A stretch of 63,968 bases of DNA, filler included, from Lama guanicoe (GCA_013239625.1; 78 parts of 76 records of this genome joined end to end with filler, not necessarily neighbours in it); one strand, 5' to 3'; shown: positions 38,936-52,699, counted from the first letter of the whole stretch. A program made the numbers and translations. Notes: generated from the sequence alone by a model not told the origin.

Positions 38936-40572
38936 NNNNNNNNNNNNNNNNNNNNNNNNNNNNNNNNNNNNNNNNNNNNTTAATTAATTAANNNNNNNNN
39001 NNNNNNNNNNNNNNNNNNNNNNNNNNNNNNNNNNNCAACCCCCTCACCCCCGTCACGGACCCCGCACCCCACCCCGGCCAGGCCTGATTCCTGACCGGAT
39101 CCCCGAGACAGGGCTCCTTCTCCTCATACTGAGGTCCCCACCCCCACACTCTGCCCCATTGAGTCCCAAGCTACAGTCCCTGCAAACCAAGCTGACCCCT
39201 CATGCCTCACCCCAGGTCCCCCCACCATCCAGAGATGATCCCCTCCTCCTCTGATTCCCAGATCCCCCCAACTCTAAGCGCCCCTCACCCAGGGACGGCC
39301 AACTCACTCCTCAGCTGGGTCACTCCCACTCCCAGCGGCCTCTCACCCCTCAGCCTGTCCCCCGTCACCGCAGGATTCCCCCCTCACTCCCAGCGCACCC
39401 CCTACGCGGGGATGACCGCCCTCACCCTGCCAGGGGCAGGATGCTCTGGGCCTGGTCACCATGGCGTCAGCCGCCAGATGGGGGTCCCGTGCAGTGTGCG
39501 GGCACACAGCCCTGTGTCCTGTGTCTAAGGCCCGCGGCAGCGGCGCGGGGGGTGGAGGAGTGGGCAATGAAGGCAGCACCAATTCCCACCAGGGCGCCCT
39601 GCCTGCCCAGGGCCTTATCTGAGCCAGCAGGTCAGGGTGGTCCCTGGGCTGCACACTGCTCACCAGTCGGCCTTGGCGGGTTGATGGCCCGGATGGTGAA
39701 CCGGGACACCAAAGGCGGAGGCCCTGTGCACACGGACCTGCGAGGGGCAGGGTACGGCGATTCTGGGCATGGACAGCAGGCAGCGGCAGCGGCAACGGCA
39801 GCGGTGGGGGCTAGGGGCGGCCCTGCCAAAGACAATCAAGTTGCTCCCATCACCCCCATGGCCTGGCCTGGNNNNNNNNNNNNNNNNNNNNNNNNNNNNN
39901 NNNNNNNNNNNNNNNTTAATTAATTAANNNNNNNNNNNNNNNNNNNNNNNNNNNNNNNNNNNNNNNNNNNNTTACTATTCCACAGTAATTAATTTTTAAA
40001 AGAATGCTTTGGTGCAGGAGAGGAGACTAATTCTCCCCTGTTTCTCTTGGTGGGAGTGAGTAAAATTGTCCAGCTTGAAATGCGACCACATATTGTAGCT
40101 CAAAAGCTGTCTACACGCATTTAGGTGAAGTTTTGGTTTGGGGCGCTGACCACGTTGTGGTCCCTCGGCAGCGCCGCTCCCCTCAGGCCCCTGCCTTTCC
40201 TGGATCAGNNNNNNNNNNNNNNNNNNNNNNNNNNNNNNNNNNNNNNNNNNNNNNGTCCCTGTCCTCATCACACTCACGTAAATTCTTGTAAATGCTGTCA
40301 GTTATTTTTGTTCTCGTGTGTTTCTAATTTTCGCTGTTCCTCTTTTCCTTTTTCTATTTTCCTTTTTCTCTTAGACCACCCTGTGAGCATGTTGTTTGGT
40401 CTGAAAATGTGGGCTTTGCACATCCTGCATTGGAAATAGCCAGATCGCCCTCTGTGCTGTCTCCATCGCTTTNNNNNNNNNNNNNNNNNNNNNNNNNNNN
40501 NNNNNNNNNNNNNNNNTTAATTAATTAANNNNNNNNNNNNNNNNNNNNNNNNNNNNNNNNNNNNNNNNNNNN

Positions 40573-41570
40573 GAACACAGAATATAGAATATAGACTACA
40601 GAATGTAGAATCCAGATTTAAAAACACGCTATGCAGAACACAGAATTTAGAATATAGATTTCATAATACTGAATATAGAATTNNNNNNNNNNNNNNNNNN
40701 NNNNNNNNNNNNNNNNNNNNNNNNNNNNNNNNNNNNNNNNNNNNNNNNNNNNNNNNNNNNNNNNNNNNNNNNNNNNNNNNNNNNNNNNNNNNNNNNNNNN
40801 NNNNNNNNNNNNNNNNNNNNNNNNNNNNNNNNNNNNNNNNNNNNNNNNNNNNNNNNNNNNNNNNNNNNNNNNNNNNNNNNNNNNNNNNNNNNNNNNNNNN
40901 NNNNNNNNNNNNNNNNNNNNNNNNNNNNNNNNNNNNNNNNNNNNNNNNNNNNNNNNNNNNNNNNNNNNNNNNNNNNNNNNNNNNNNNNNNNNNNNNNNNN
41001 NNNNNNNNNNNNNNNNNNNNNNNNNNNNNNNNNNNNNNNNNNNNNNNNNNNNNNNGAACATAGAATTTAGAACATAGAATGCAGAACACAGAAATTAGAA
41101 TATAGAATACGGAATGCAGAATTTAGAATGTAGAATCTAAAATGAAGAACACAGAATATAGAATATATAAAAGAGAATATAGAACCCAGAATTTAGAAAT
41201 GGAATGCAGAGAATACAATTTACAATATAGAGTACAAAATAGTGAATACAGAATTTAGAATATGAAAGAGGAACACAGAATATAGAATATAGAAAAGAGA
41301 ATTTAGAACATGGAATGCAGAACACAGAATTTAGAATATAGAATACAGAATACAGAAAATAGAATTTAGAAAATAGAAGGTAGAACACAGAATATATAAT
41401 GTAGAATACGGAATGCAGAATATAGAATACTAATATAGAATGTAGAACACATAATATAAAATATGTAAAACAGTATATAGAACCCAGAATTTCGAACATG
41501 GAATTCAGAACACAGAATTTCGAATAAGAATACAGAACGCTGAATATAGGATTTAGACTATAAAATGTAG
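40573..41570 (+). repeat. AGAATAT-heptamer satellite
   Basis: Same motif family. Confidence 0.95.
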
Positions 41571-42849
41571 NNNNNNNNNNNNNNNNNNNNNNNNNNNNNN
41601 NNNNNNNNNNNNNNTTAATTAATTAANNNNNNNNNNNNNNNNNNNNNNNNNNNNNNNNNNNNNNNNNNNNTGAAAGTAATACCAAGAAAACCCATATAAA
41701 ATTTTCTAGCACATTTAACATTTGCAGTAAGTTATATATGATTTACAATCTTAAAATAGCTACCCTCTGTTCACTGCATTAATAGGATAATATTCTTTAA
41801 GTATTTTTCTGTATCTATTTAAATATAAACAAATATGAAGCACTTCCTGAAATTGGTGTCCCAATAGTGTAGAATAGATTTGGACTACCCCATAGAGCCT
41901 CATTCCTACAGATATTTTATTATTATTTGGCATGGCAGCCCCCTGTGAGCCCAAATTCAACAGCTGCTTTTTATTTGATATGAGTCAGAATGTAGAGTGG
42001 AAATTTTTACCCCAGGACACATGTTAAAAATCATCAGCCATAATTGTTTAGTACCAAAACTGCTTGAGCCAATAACAACAACTGGGGCAAATGGGAAGAA
42101 GACCAAAAGACTTAAAAGGAAAAATTGTAAAATAGAGAAAATAGGGCATCCATAGGGGGTTTTAAATAGCTCTGATATATTCCTGAGAATGTGGANNNNN
42201 NNNNNNNNNNNNNNNNNNNNNNNNNNNNNNNNNNNNNNNTTAATTAATTAANNNNNNNNNNNNNNNNNNNNNNNNNNNNNNNNNNNNNNNNNNNNAGAGG
42301 TTTAGATAGGGGATTTGTTTTAGGGTAAGAATCTTTTAAAAAAAGCCTTGCAATTAGTGTCTTGTTAGGCATTTTGACAAGTGAATTCTCCACGCAGTAT
42401 TGAACCCCCTTGTTCCTCCAGGGGGTCTCAAAAGGTATACATGTTGCAATTCTGACCCAAAACCAATGAGCCTTTTCTTTTTTTAAGAACTTCACCATGG
42501 ACAAAAGATGTCACTAAAGAAGGTGAGAAAAGANNNNNNNNNNNNNNCCCATAATCCAGAGTCCCTCCCAAAGAGCCCACAGAAGTAAAGAGGAGATGAA
42601 CGAGAGAAACGTTTTATTTATACACATGCAGGAGCCAACCAGAAAAGTACCTACCATGTTAAATGGTGAAAGTTAAAGGCTTTTTTATCAACCTAACTTA
42701 ATAGGGAAAAGGGAGAGGAGAGAATTGGCTTCCATGACAGGTTTTCTTCTACATCTTTTGATTCTCAGTTATCTTCAGCTTAAAGAGGTTTTGTTTTAAC
42801 CGTGGGTTCTATCTGACTTTCCATTCCTCGAACTTTGTTCTTCTTTTTC

Positions 42850-43023
42850 AAGATTCACTCATGTATTCTGACCCCCTGGATTTTCCACGTGAATTTTAGA
42901 TTGATTTTCAATTCCTGCAAAACACCACCTGGGATTTGGGTAGACATTCTTTGAATCCTTAGATCTATTCGTGAACTATTGTCATCTTAGTAGAATGAAG
43001 CCTTCTGCTCCATGAATATGGGA
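42850..43023 (-). mobile_element. Old L1 ORF2 fragment
   Basis: 'ttttccacgtgaattttaga...ctgggatttggg...ccttctgctccatgaatatgg'. Confidence 0.65.
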
Positions 43024-43808
43024 NNNNNNNNNNNNNNNNNNNNNNNNNNNNNNNNNNNNNNNNNNNNTTAATTAATTAANNNNNNNNNNNNNNNNNNNNN
43101 NNNNNNNNNNNNNNNNNNNNNNNACGTACCTTGTTCCTGACAAAGAAGATGACACTTCAGTGCAGGGGTAAAAGATGGCTTTTCCGATGACCTAGGTGTC
43201 ACATCATACAAAAGAATTGAATTTAAGACGCTTTGAAAGCCACATATAAGAAGTAATACAGTCCAGCTTAGAAAAGTCAACATAAATGAATATACATAAG
43301 ACCCAATATTCTGTGCAACTCGTCTTGATGAGTGTGTCTCACTCAAATTCTTGGCTCTTCATCTTCCATTTCTTTTGCCTAAAATGATTGCCAACCATGA
43401 CCTGACTCCATGCACCTCAGACACTTTCCTCCGTCTCATCTCCCCTCCCACCTCCACGTTGACCATCGTATACTTTGCAGCACATTTCGTGTCCCCTTGA
43501 CTTTGAATATGTGCCACCTGACTGTCCCACGTGCTCTTTGGACACCAGCATGGTTCGAGCGCCACTGGTCATCGCTTCTGCTCTCTCCCCGCGTGGCCGC
43601 GTAATTACTGTAGAAGAAAACGGAGCATCCACTTTAAGACAGCTCACTGGAGAAAAACGGTCATCGTAAAAATGACGTTTGAAATATTAATTTACAGGGT
43701 TCCACTATNNNNNNNNNNNNNNNNNNNNNNNNNNNNNNNNNNNNNNNNNNNNTTAATTAATTAANNNNNNNNNNNNNNNNNNNNNNNNNNNNNNNNNNNN
43801 NNNNNNNN

Positions 43809-44598
43809 TCTGTATTCTGTATTCTATATTCTTATTCTGAGTTCTACATTCTATATTATACATTCTATATTCTGTACACTTTATTGTATATTCTGCGTTC
43901 TAAATTCTATATTCTACATTCTATATTATGTATTCTGTATCCTATATTCAAATTCTGTGTTCTGAATTCCATGTCCTAAATTCTGTGTTCTGTATTCTGT
44001 ATTCTATATTCATATTCTGAGTTCTACATTCTATATTCTACATTCTTTATTTTGTATACTTTATTGTATATTCTGCGTTCTACATTCTATATTCTATATT
44101 CTATAAATTTCTATGCTCTACATTCTATATTATGTATTCTGTATCCTATATTCTAAATTCTGTGTTCTGAATTCCATGTTCTAAATTCTGTGTTCTGTAT
44201 TCTGTATTCTATATTCTGTAATCTGTGATCTTCATTCTATGTTCTGTATTCTGTATTCTAATTCGAAATTCTGTGTTCTACTTTCTATGCTCTACATTCT
44301 ATATTCTGTATTCTGTACTCTATATTCTAAATTCTGTGTTCTGAGTTCAATGTTCTAATTTCTATGTTCGGTATTCTGAATTCTATATTCTAAATTCTGT
44401 ATTCTACATTCTAAATAATTTGTTCTGTATTCCATGGTCTAAATACTCGGTTCTGTATTCGATAATCTAAAATCTATACTCTGTGTTCTACATTCAACAT
44501 TGTATATATTCTTTATTCTATGTTCTGTGTTCTACATTCTCTATTCTAAATTCTCTATTCTGTATTCTGTATGCTATGTTCCCAATTCCGTGTTCTAC
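43809..44598 (-). repeat. AGAATAT-heptamer satellite
   Basis: Same motif family, antisense. Confidence 0.95.
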
Positions 44599-46518
44599 NN
44601 NNNNNNNNNNNNNNNNNNNNNNNNNNNNNNNNNNNNNNNNNNTTAATTAATTAANNNNNNNNNNNNNNNNNNNNNNNNNNNNNNNNNNNNNNNNNNNNAC
44701 TCTCTTTGTTTCTGGAGAGGAAAGCAAGTCTAAACTTCCTTTCCAGTAGGAAATGGAACGAAGATTTAGCGTTGGAAGCCGGGAGAGTCTGTCCTGTGAA
44801 GAAGCGCTCTCCGAGCCACTTCCACTGGGACGTCACGTCCCTGTCTGGGCCTCTTGCTCAGCCTGTGCACAGGTGACAGCACAGATGGGCTGAGCAGTCC
44901 TCCCGGACAGAGCAGTGGGTTGGAAATGAGTTTAGGGATTTGGTTTCATTAGATAGCTTCCTGAGGGTCTTGGCCTGGCACTTCGTTTGGGAGCATTCCC
45001 TGTCCCACAGCCTCGTGCTCTGGGCCCGTGTAGACCTGACGTGGCCTCAGCCTGAGGCTCAGGGCCCGTGGTGATGAGGAGCNNNNNNNNNNNNNNNNNN
45101 NNNNNNNNNNNNNNNNNNNNNNNNNNTTAATTAATTAANNNNNNNNNNNNNNNNNNNNNNNNNNNNNNNNNNNNNNNNNNNNCCATTTATTGAGTAGACT
45201 TTGTTTCTGATTTTAATTATTAAATCACATGAATGAAACTTATTTGTTTTGAAAAACAAAGCAACAAATCTCACCTCCATGTGATTGGTACTTTCTACTT
45301 CGCCTTCTGAACCAGGAGGGGATGTTCACCATCATTTTGTGGAGGAGGTTGGGGAGGTAAAGTAAGAGAGTGAGATCAAATAAAGTAAAAATAATAACTA
45401 TCAGTTGACTTTATTTTCACTAAGACATAAAAGTTACTTTAAACCCTATCTCAGCTGTTGTTCTGTTGTTTTATACATTTCTCATAGAATTAAATGGAAG
45501 CCCATTAAACCCTGAAATGAAAATTGTGTGCTCAGGTCCTGAAAAGTGTTTATGTCTATTTCTTTAAATGCAAATTTTCCCTGCTGGTTACAGAAAGTCG
45601 AGGCGGGAACACAGCCGTGCGCTGTGTGTGTCTGCCGGCTTCACGGGCTGCTCACTGTCATTTTCATTTTCTTGTGTTGCAGTTTATGACAGTTTTCCAT
45701 GAGATATATTGCTCAGCCTTTTCCTGAATGAAGGATTGTATTTTCCACAGAAAATCTTATGAAAGAGAGTGACAAGGCACATGGGTTTNNNNNNNNNNNN
45801 NNNNNNNNNNNNNNNNNNNNNNNNNNNNNNNNTTAATTAATTAANNNNNNNNNNNNNNNNNNNNNNNNNNNNNNNNNNNNNNNNNNNNTCCAGAACTAGA
45901 ATAAAAATTGATCTCATTAAGTTATATTAGGTGTTTAGAAGACAATGATTTGAATTAATTTAAGAACATAAGTTGAATATAACCTATATGCTATATACAA
46001 TCTGCTGAGCATGACATACAGAGAAACAGTGTATGACAATTCAATATAATGTGTTATGTTAGCTACAGGAATAAGCGTCAGGTTGGCCAGAAGTGGAGAG
46101 AGCTAATCCATTCTTTCCTCTTCTTACTCACCTGAATGGTTTAACCTGGTTGCCTCTATGATTTTCATTTTAACAAATCGTGAGTGCAAGTCTAGCTGTG
46201 AGAGTTGTGGGGAGGGAAGTAATGAGAAGCAGCAGCAAGAAGGAAAAAATACACTTTCTTCCTTATGGAGGAATTCTGGGTATATGAAAAGTACCATGTG
46301 ACAAGACCTCTGAGTGAGCCCCTGATACCAAGGGGAGGAAATGAGCCTTTATGGAGGGAGTGGTTCTGGTTGTGGGTTGAATAAGCTCTTTTCACAGGGA
46401 GAAGAAGTAAGGGGAACTNNNNNNNNNNNNNNNNNNNNNNNNNNNNNNNNNNNNNNNNNNNNTTAATTAATTAANNNNNNNNNNNNNNNNNNNNNNNNNN
46501 NNNNNNNNNNNNNNNNNN

Positions 46519-46968
46519 GCAGTTTATGGAAACACCTCATTTGTTTACCTATTCAGCCTGTGATGAACATTTCAACTGTTCTGTCTTTTTGGCCATTGTG
46601 AATATTGCTGCTGTGAACATTCATGTACAGTTTTTTTGAACACCTCTTTTTAATGCTTTGATGTTTATATCTAGGAGTGAGGTTGTTGAACCGTAAGGTA
46701 ACTATATTTTAATCTTTTTGAGGAAATGACAAACTGTTGTCCATATAGTCTGTGCCATTTTTCAATTCCACAAGTAATGTTTAAGGGTTTCAGTTTCTCT
46801 AAGGTTTGCCAATATTTGTTATTTTTATTCAGTTTTTTGATTGTAAGCGTTCTTAATGTGTTTGAAGGGGTGTGGCATTGAACTAATTGGCATTTCCGTC
46901 GTGACTAATGATATTGTCGTGTGCTTGTTGACTGTTTGTATGTCTTGTCTGGGGAAGGGTCTATTCAA
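46519..46968 (-). mobile_element. Old L1M ORF2 3'-end fragment
   Basis: 'tgaatattgctgctgtgaacattcatgtaca...tatatctaggagtg...tttttgaggaa'. Confidence 0.85.
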
Positions 46969-47590
46969 NNNNNNNNNNNNNNNNNNNNNNNNNNNNNNNN
47001 NNNNNNNNNNNNTTAATTAATTAANNNNNNNNNNNNNNNNNNNNNNNNNNNNNNNNNNNNNNNNNNNNAGAGACATTTCATGACCAATTTTGTCCCATGG
47101 TGCTAGGATGGCTCATTTCTAGCTCAGCTGAAGAATCTTCTGAGTTGCCATTCAAGGTGTTAGTATTTTAATCAGGTCCTGTTGATACTAAAAGTTCTCT
47201 GGATCACATGCCTTACTAGTCTATTATTATCCTGGAAGTGTTTCCCCTTCATTGCTCATTCCCATACCTAGAATCACACTATTATATTTATTTTATTCAT
47301 TANNNNNNNNNNNNNNNNNNNNNNNNNNNNNNNNNNNNNNNNNNNNNNNNNNNNNNNNNNNNNNNNNNNNNNNNNNNNNNNNNNNNNNNNNNNNNNNNNN
47401 NNNNNNNNNNNNNNNNNNNNTAATACAACTAGTTAATAAAGTCACGAGTAAGAATTTAATAGTCAAGAAGTTGTATTTTGGGGTTAAAATNNNNNNNNNN
47501 NNNNNNNNNNNNNNNNNNNNNNNNNNNNNNNNNNTTAATTAATTAANNNNNNNNNNNNNNNNNNNNNNNNNNNNNNNNNNNNNNNNNNNN

Positions 47591-47830
47591 ATATATTCTT
47601 TGGAACAATGTCTTTGGCTGTGAGCTACCACAAGATCTCCTATGTATTTCCCTGTGCCATACGGTATAATCTTGTTCATCTATTCTGCATCTGCCTGTCA
47701 GTATCTGCACATTTCCAACTCCCAGTCTGTCCCGTCCCACGCCCCTGCCCCTTGGCAACCACAAGTTTGTTTTCTATTTCTATGGGTGTGTCTGTTTTGT
47801 ATTTATGTTCTTTTCTGTTTTTCCTTTTTT
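47591..47830 (-). mobile_element. L1 3' UTR fragment
   Basis: 'atttccctgtgccatacggtataatcttgtt...cccttggcaaccacaagtttgttttctat'. Complementary in type to the L1 end at 53080-53260. Confidence 0.8.
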
Positions 47831-47859
47831 TCCCCTTCAAAACCATCTTTAAAGCAGCA

Positions 47860-48198
47860 GCCTAGGGAAGCCTGCTTCCAAGATGTCGAAGGCGTGGCCT
47901 GGGCCGCGCGCAGAGTGGCGGTATGGGCTGTGCGGGAAGGGCCAGAACAGGACGGGAGAAATCTGCGGAGCAGGGGCAGGGGAAGGGCTGGGCCAGGAGC
48001 GGAGAGCCCGGTTGGGGCGGACTCGGCTGGGCGGGGTGAGCCGGGGCTGGGGGCGGCGTCGGCTGCGCGGGGAGAGCCGGGGCGGGGGTCGTTCTCGGCC
48101 GCGCCGCCGGGAAAGCCGGGGCTTAGGGCGGGGGGCGATCTCGGCTGCGCCGGGACAGCTGGGGTGGGGGGCGTCCTCGGGCGCGCGGGGAGAGCCGG
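47860..48198. promoter_or_regulatory. CpG-island-like GC-rich segment
   Basis: Very CpG-dense with several GGGCGG boxes. Confidence 0.55.
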
Positions 48199-48298
48199 NN
48201 NNNNNNNNNNNNNNNNNNNNNNNNNNNNNNNNNNNNNNNNNNTTAATTAATTAANNNNNNNNNNNNNNNNNNNNNNNNNNNNNNNNNNNNNNNNNNNN

Positions 48299-49378
48299 TC
48301 CGTTTGAACCCACGCGCTGCTGACCGTTGGTGGAACCTCCCCACGCTAGGGTTCCGGAAACATTGTCACTGCGTTTAGAGCTCGAGAGACAACTCCACGC
48401 AGCTCTCTTCAGTCACAGGTGTTCCCTGTTAGGGGTAATTCTGAGAAATACCTTCCCTGACCTCAGGGAGGCAGCCTCTGACACTGGGATTGCCATGAAC
48501 CCCCCTAGCATTCCCTGGCACAGAGACATTAGGAAAAAACCCAGGGGAGACGAGCTTAGGCATTCCGTTAGAACCCACACGCTGCCGACCNNNNNNNNNN
48601 NNNNNNNNNNNNNNNNNNNNNNNNNNNNNNNNNNNNNNNNNNNNNNNNNNNNNNNNNNNNNNNNNNNNNNNNNNNNNNNNNNNNNNNNNNNNNNNNNNNN
48701 NNNNNNNNNGAGAAATACCTTCCCTGACCTTGGGGAGGCAGCCTCTGTCACTGGGATTGCCTGCAAACCCCCCTAGCATTCCCTGGCACAGAGATATTAG
48801 GAAAATCCCAAGGGAGACGAGCTTAGGCATTCCGTTAGAACCCACGCGCTGCCGACCGTTGGTGGAACCTCCCCACGCTCAGGATTCCGGAATCATTGTC
48901 AGTGCGTGGGTAGCCCGAGAGACAACCCCACGCAGCTCTCTTCAGTCACAGGTGTTCCCTGTTAGGGGGAATTCTGAGAAATTCCTTCCCTGACCTTAAG
49001 GAGGCAGCATCTGTCACTGGGATTGCCTGAAAACGCCTCTAGCATTCCCTTTCACAGAGACATTAGGAAAAATACCAGGGGAGTCGAGCTTAGGCATTCC
49101 GTTAGAACCCACGCGTTGCCGACCGTTGGTGGAACCTCCCCACGCTCAGGATTCCGGAACCACTGTCAGTGCGTGGGGAGCTCGAGAGAGAACTCCACGC
49201 AGCTCTCTTCAGTCACAGGTGTTCCCTGTTGGGGGGAAATCTGAGAAATATCTTCCCTGATCTTTGGGAGGCAGCATCTGTCACTGGGATTGCCTGCAAA
49301 CCCCCCTAGCATTTCCTCGCTCAGAGACACTAGAAAAAAACCCAGGGGAGTCGAGCTTAGGCATTCCGTTAGAACCAA
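48299..49378 (+). repeat. 267-bp tandem satellite (~4 monomers)
   Basis: 'cgagcttaggcattccgttagaacc' at 48551, 48818, 49085 and 49352 (period 267). Confidence 0.97.
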
Positions 49379-49478
49379 NNNNNNNNNNNNNNNNNNNNNN
49401 NNNNNNNNNNNNNNNNNNNNNNTTAATTAATTAANNNNNNNNNNNNNNNNNNNNNNNNNNNNNNNNNNNNNNNNNNNN

Positions 49479-50399
49479 GAATCCATCCGGTCATGGACTG
49501 CTATTTGTAGGGAAGTTTTATATTGCTTTTTTAATTTCATTTCTGGTGCTCTGCCTTTTCAAGGGTTCAGTTACGTCTTGATTCAGTCTTGGTGGACAGT
49601 ATGATTACAGAAACTTGTCCATCTATTGTAGGTTACACAGTTTGGTTCAATATATTTTCATACTATTCTCATATGATATTCTGTATTTCTAATTTTTTGT
49701 GGTAATTTCTGCATTCTCATTTCTTATTTGGTAATTTGTGCTCTCTCTCTTTTCTTCTTTTTGAGTTTGGCCAGAGGTTTGTCGATTTTACTTACTTTTT
49801 GGAAAAACATGAATTGGTTGATTTCTTCCTGTGTTCTTTCTGATCTCTGTTTTATTTATTTCCTCCGCAATATTTATGATTTCCTTCCTTCCACTGTCTT
49901 TTGGGTATTTTTGTTCTTCTATTTCTAGTTAATTCCGCTGGTAGGTTAAATTGTTTATTTGTGGTTGTTCTTCATTTTTGAGGAAGGCCTGTATCACTAT
50001 AAACTCCCCTCTCAGCACTGCTTTTGCTGTGTCCCATAAATATTGTGTGGTTTTGCTTTCATTTTCTTTTGTCTCAAGGTACATTTTCATTTCAGCTTTG
50101 ATTTCTTCATTGACCCATTTGTTTATTAATAACATATTATTTAATCCCTATGCTTTCCTTTTTTTATGATTTCTAGCATCATGACATTGTGGTCAGTAAA
50201 GATACTTAAGGTAATTTCTATCATCTTAAAAATGCTGAGGTTTCTTTTGTGCCTAAGTTCATCATGAATCCTGGAAAATCTTCCAAATGTACTAGAAAAG
50301 AATGTATATCCTATTTTGTGGGGGGTGCAATGCTCTGAAAATATTCACGGAGAGTAATATTTCTATTGTATTATATAAATTCTCTGTTGCCTAATTTAG
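49479..50399 (-). mobile_element. L1 ORF2 (endonuclease end/linker) fragment
   Basis: LLINKWVNEEIKAEMKMYLE..LWDTAKAVLRGEFI. Confidence 0.96.
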
Positions 50400-51622
50400 N
50401 NNNNNNNNNNNNNNNNNNNNNNNNNNNNNNNNNNNNNNNNNNNTTAATTAATTAANNNNNNNNNNNNNNNNNNNNNNNNNNNNNNNNNNNNNNNNNNNNA
50501 GAACACGGCAGGGCCGCCCCGCCCACTCGGAGAGAAGCCACGCTTCCATGAGACCCTTCTCTTTTCTTTTTGTCTTTTCCTGTATCTCTGTAATGTCGAT
50601 CATAAGGTGAAATTAAAGTATATATTTTTATTAGTTGTTGGATTTTTTAAAAAGTAATGTTTCACATTTTTTAACTTACTTTAAAATGTGTCTTTTTTTA
50701 AGGAGAAAATCTCTCTCTTAAGGACAAAATCATTGCAATGAGCTTTCAATTTTTGATCCTTTCCACAGTTCAGTGGTCCTCTCTCGACAGACCCCCTCCC
50801 CCCCCGCCATTTTAAGAGAATGTGTGTCTTCATCTCTGAAGGGACCCCGTGTCCTCAGAGCAGTCCCACTGCACCGCCTCCCCTGCTGGCTCGCTCCCTG
50901 TCTCCCTGCTCCTTTAGCTGCTGCTCGGGGCCTTCCCGCTTCTCCTTAGGCCCGAGTTTCTCTCTCTCGCTGAATAGCTTTTCCAGACAGTGAAAAACAC
51001 CTTATTGCCTTTTCCCCCNNNNNNNNNNNNNNNNNNNNNNNNNNNNNNNNNNNNNNNNNNNNTTAATTAATTAANNNNNNNNNNNNNNNNNNNNNNNNNN
51101 NNNNNNNNNNNNNNNNNNAAAACTAGGTATTTAAAAGCTTGGGCCTAAACTTACTATTATTATAACAAAATTATTTATTGCAGGATAATATTAAACTTCT
51201 TTCGAATTGAGTACAATTTTTTTTTTTAGTATTTTTTGAATGAAAAAGATTTGCTGGAGGAACAGAACTACATAATATTTGTAGTTTTTCAACTCTCCAG
51301 GTTATCTCAGATTATGAATAGCTGTTTCAAGTAAGCTGTGTTGTAATTTATTTTTCATTTAAGAATGAAGTTCGTGGGACTTTGTTTTCAAACTATAAAA
51401 ACATCATATTCTTGTTGATAGAAATCAAATACCATGGGGGTGTACAAATAAAAAGCTACCAGTCAAGTCTCCCCTCACAATAGTCTTCTTTTGTATCTGC
51501 TTAAAATAATTGTTAGCAGTTTGGCAGTCTTGTTAGCCTTTGTCATGTGGCTTACACGCACATAGAACAAAATCGGACCTAATTGAGTAAAAATCTCAAA
51601 ATGTCTTTAGGATGGCCCCATC

Positions 51623-51688
51623 TTTTTTTTTTTTTTTTTAAATGGAGGTACTGAGGATTGAACCCAGGACCTCAGGTATGCTTGGCAT
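51623..51688 (-). mobile_element. vic-1-like SINE, truncated by the contig end
   Basis: Poly-T followed by 'aaatggaggtactgaggattgaacccaggacctc'. Confidence 0.75.
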
Positions 51689-51788
51689 NNNNNNNNNNNN
51701 NNNNNNNNNNNNNNNNNNNNNNNNNNNNNNNNTTAATTAATTAANNNNNNNNNNNNNNNNNNNNNNNNNNNNNNNNNNNNNNNNNNNN

Positions 51789-52599
51789 ATTTAGAATATA
51801 GAATACAGAATACTGAATATAGAATTTTGAATATTGAATGAGGAACACAGAATATAGAAGAGATAATAAAGAATATTGAACCCAGAATTTAGAACATGGA
51901 ATGCAGAACACAGAATTTAGAATATATAATACAGACTACTGAATATAGAATTTAGAAAATAGAAGGTCGAGCACAGAATATATAAAAAATTTAGAACATG
52001 TAATGCAGAACACAGAATTTGTAATAAAGAATACAGAATGCTGAATATAGGGTTTAGAATATAGAATATAGAAAAAAGCATATAGAATATAGAATAGAGG
52101 ATATAGAACACAGAATTTCGAACATGGAATGCAGAACACAGAACTTAGAATATAGAATACGACTACTTAATATCGAATTAAGAATATAGAATATAGAACA
52201 CAAAATATAGAATATATAATACGGAATGCAGAATATAGAATACAGAATATAGAATTTAGAAAACTGAATATAGAATATGGAAAACAGAATACAGAACCAA
52301 TAATTTAGAAATGGAACACAGAACACAGAATGTAGAATATAGAATACAGTATACTGCATATAGAATTTAGAATATAGAATGTAGCACACAGAATATAGAA
52401 TATACAATACCAAATGCAGAATATACACTGTAGAATATAGAATGTAGGACACAGAATATAGAATATAGTATACGGAAGGTAAAATATAGTATGTAGAATC
52501 TAGAATGAAAAACACACTATATAGAATACAGAATAGAGAATGTAGAACCCACAATTTACAACATGGAATGCAGAACACAGAATTTAGAATATAGAATAC
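51789..52599 (+). repeat. AGAATAT-heptamer satellite
   Basis: Same motif family. Confidence 0.95.
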
Positions 52600-52699
52600 N
52601 NNNNNNNNNNNNNNNNNNNNNNNNNNNNNNNNNNNNNNNNNNNTTAATTAATTAANNNNNNNNNNNNNNNNNNNNNNNNNNNNNNNNNNNNNNNNNNNN

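Noticed and set aside
9306..52578. Many hydrophobic YILYS/FCILHS-rich ORFs
   Set aside because: These are translations of the ATATTCT satellite strand, which is poor in stop codons.
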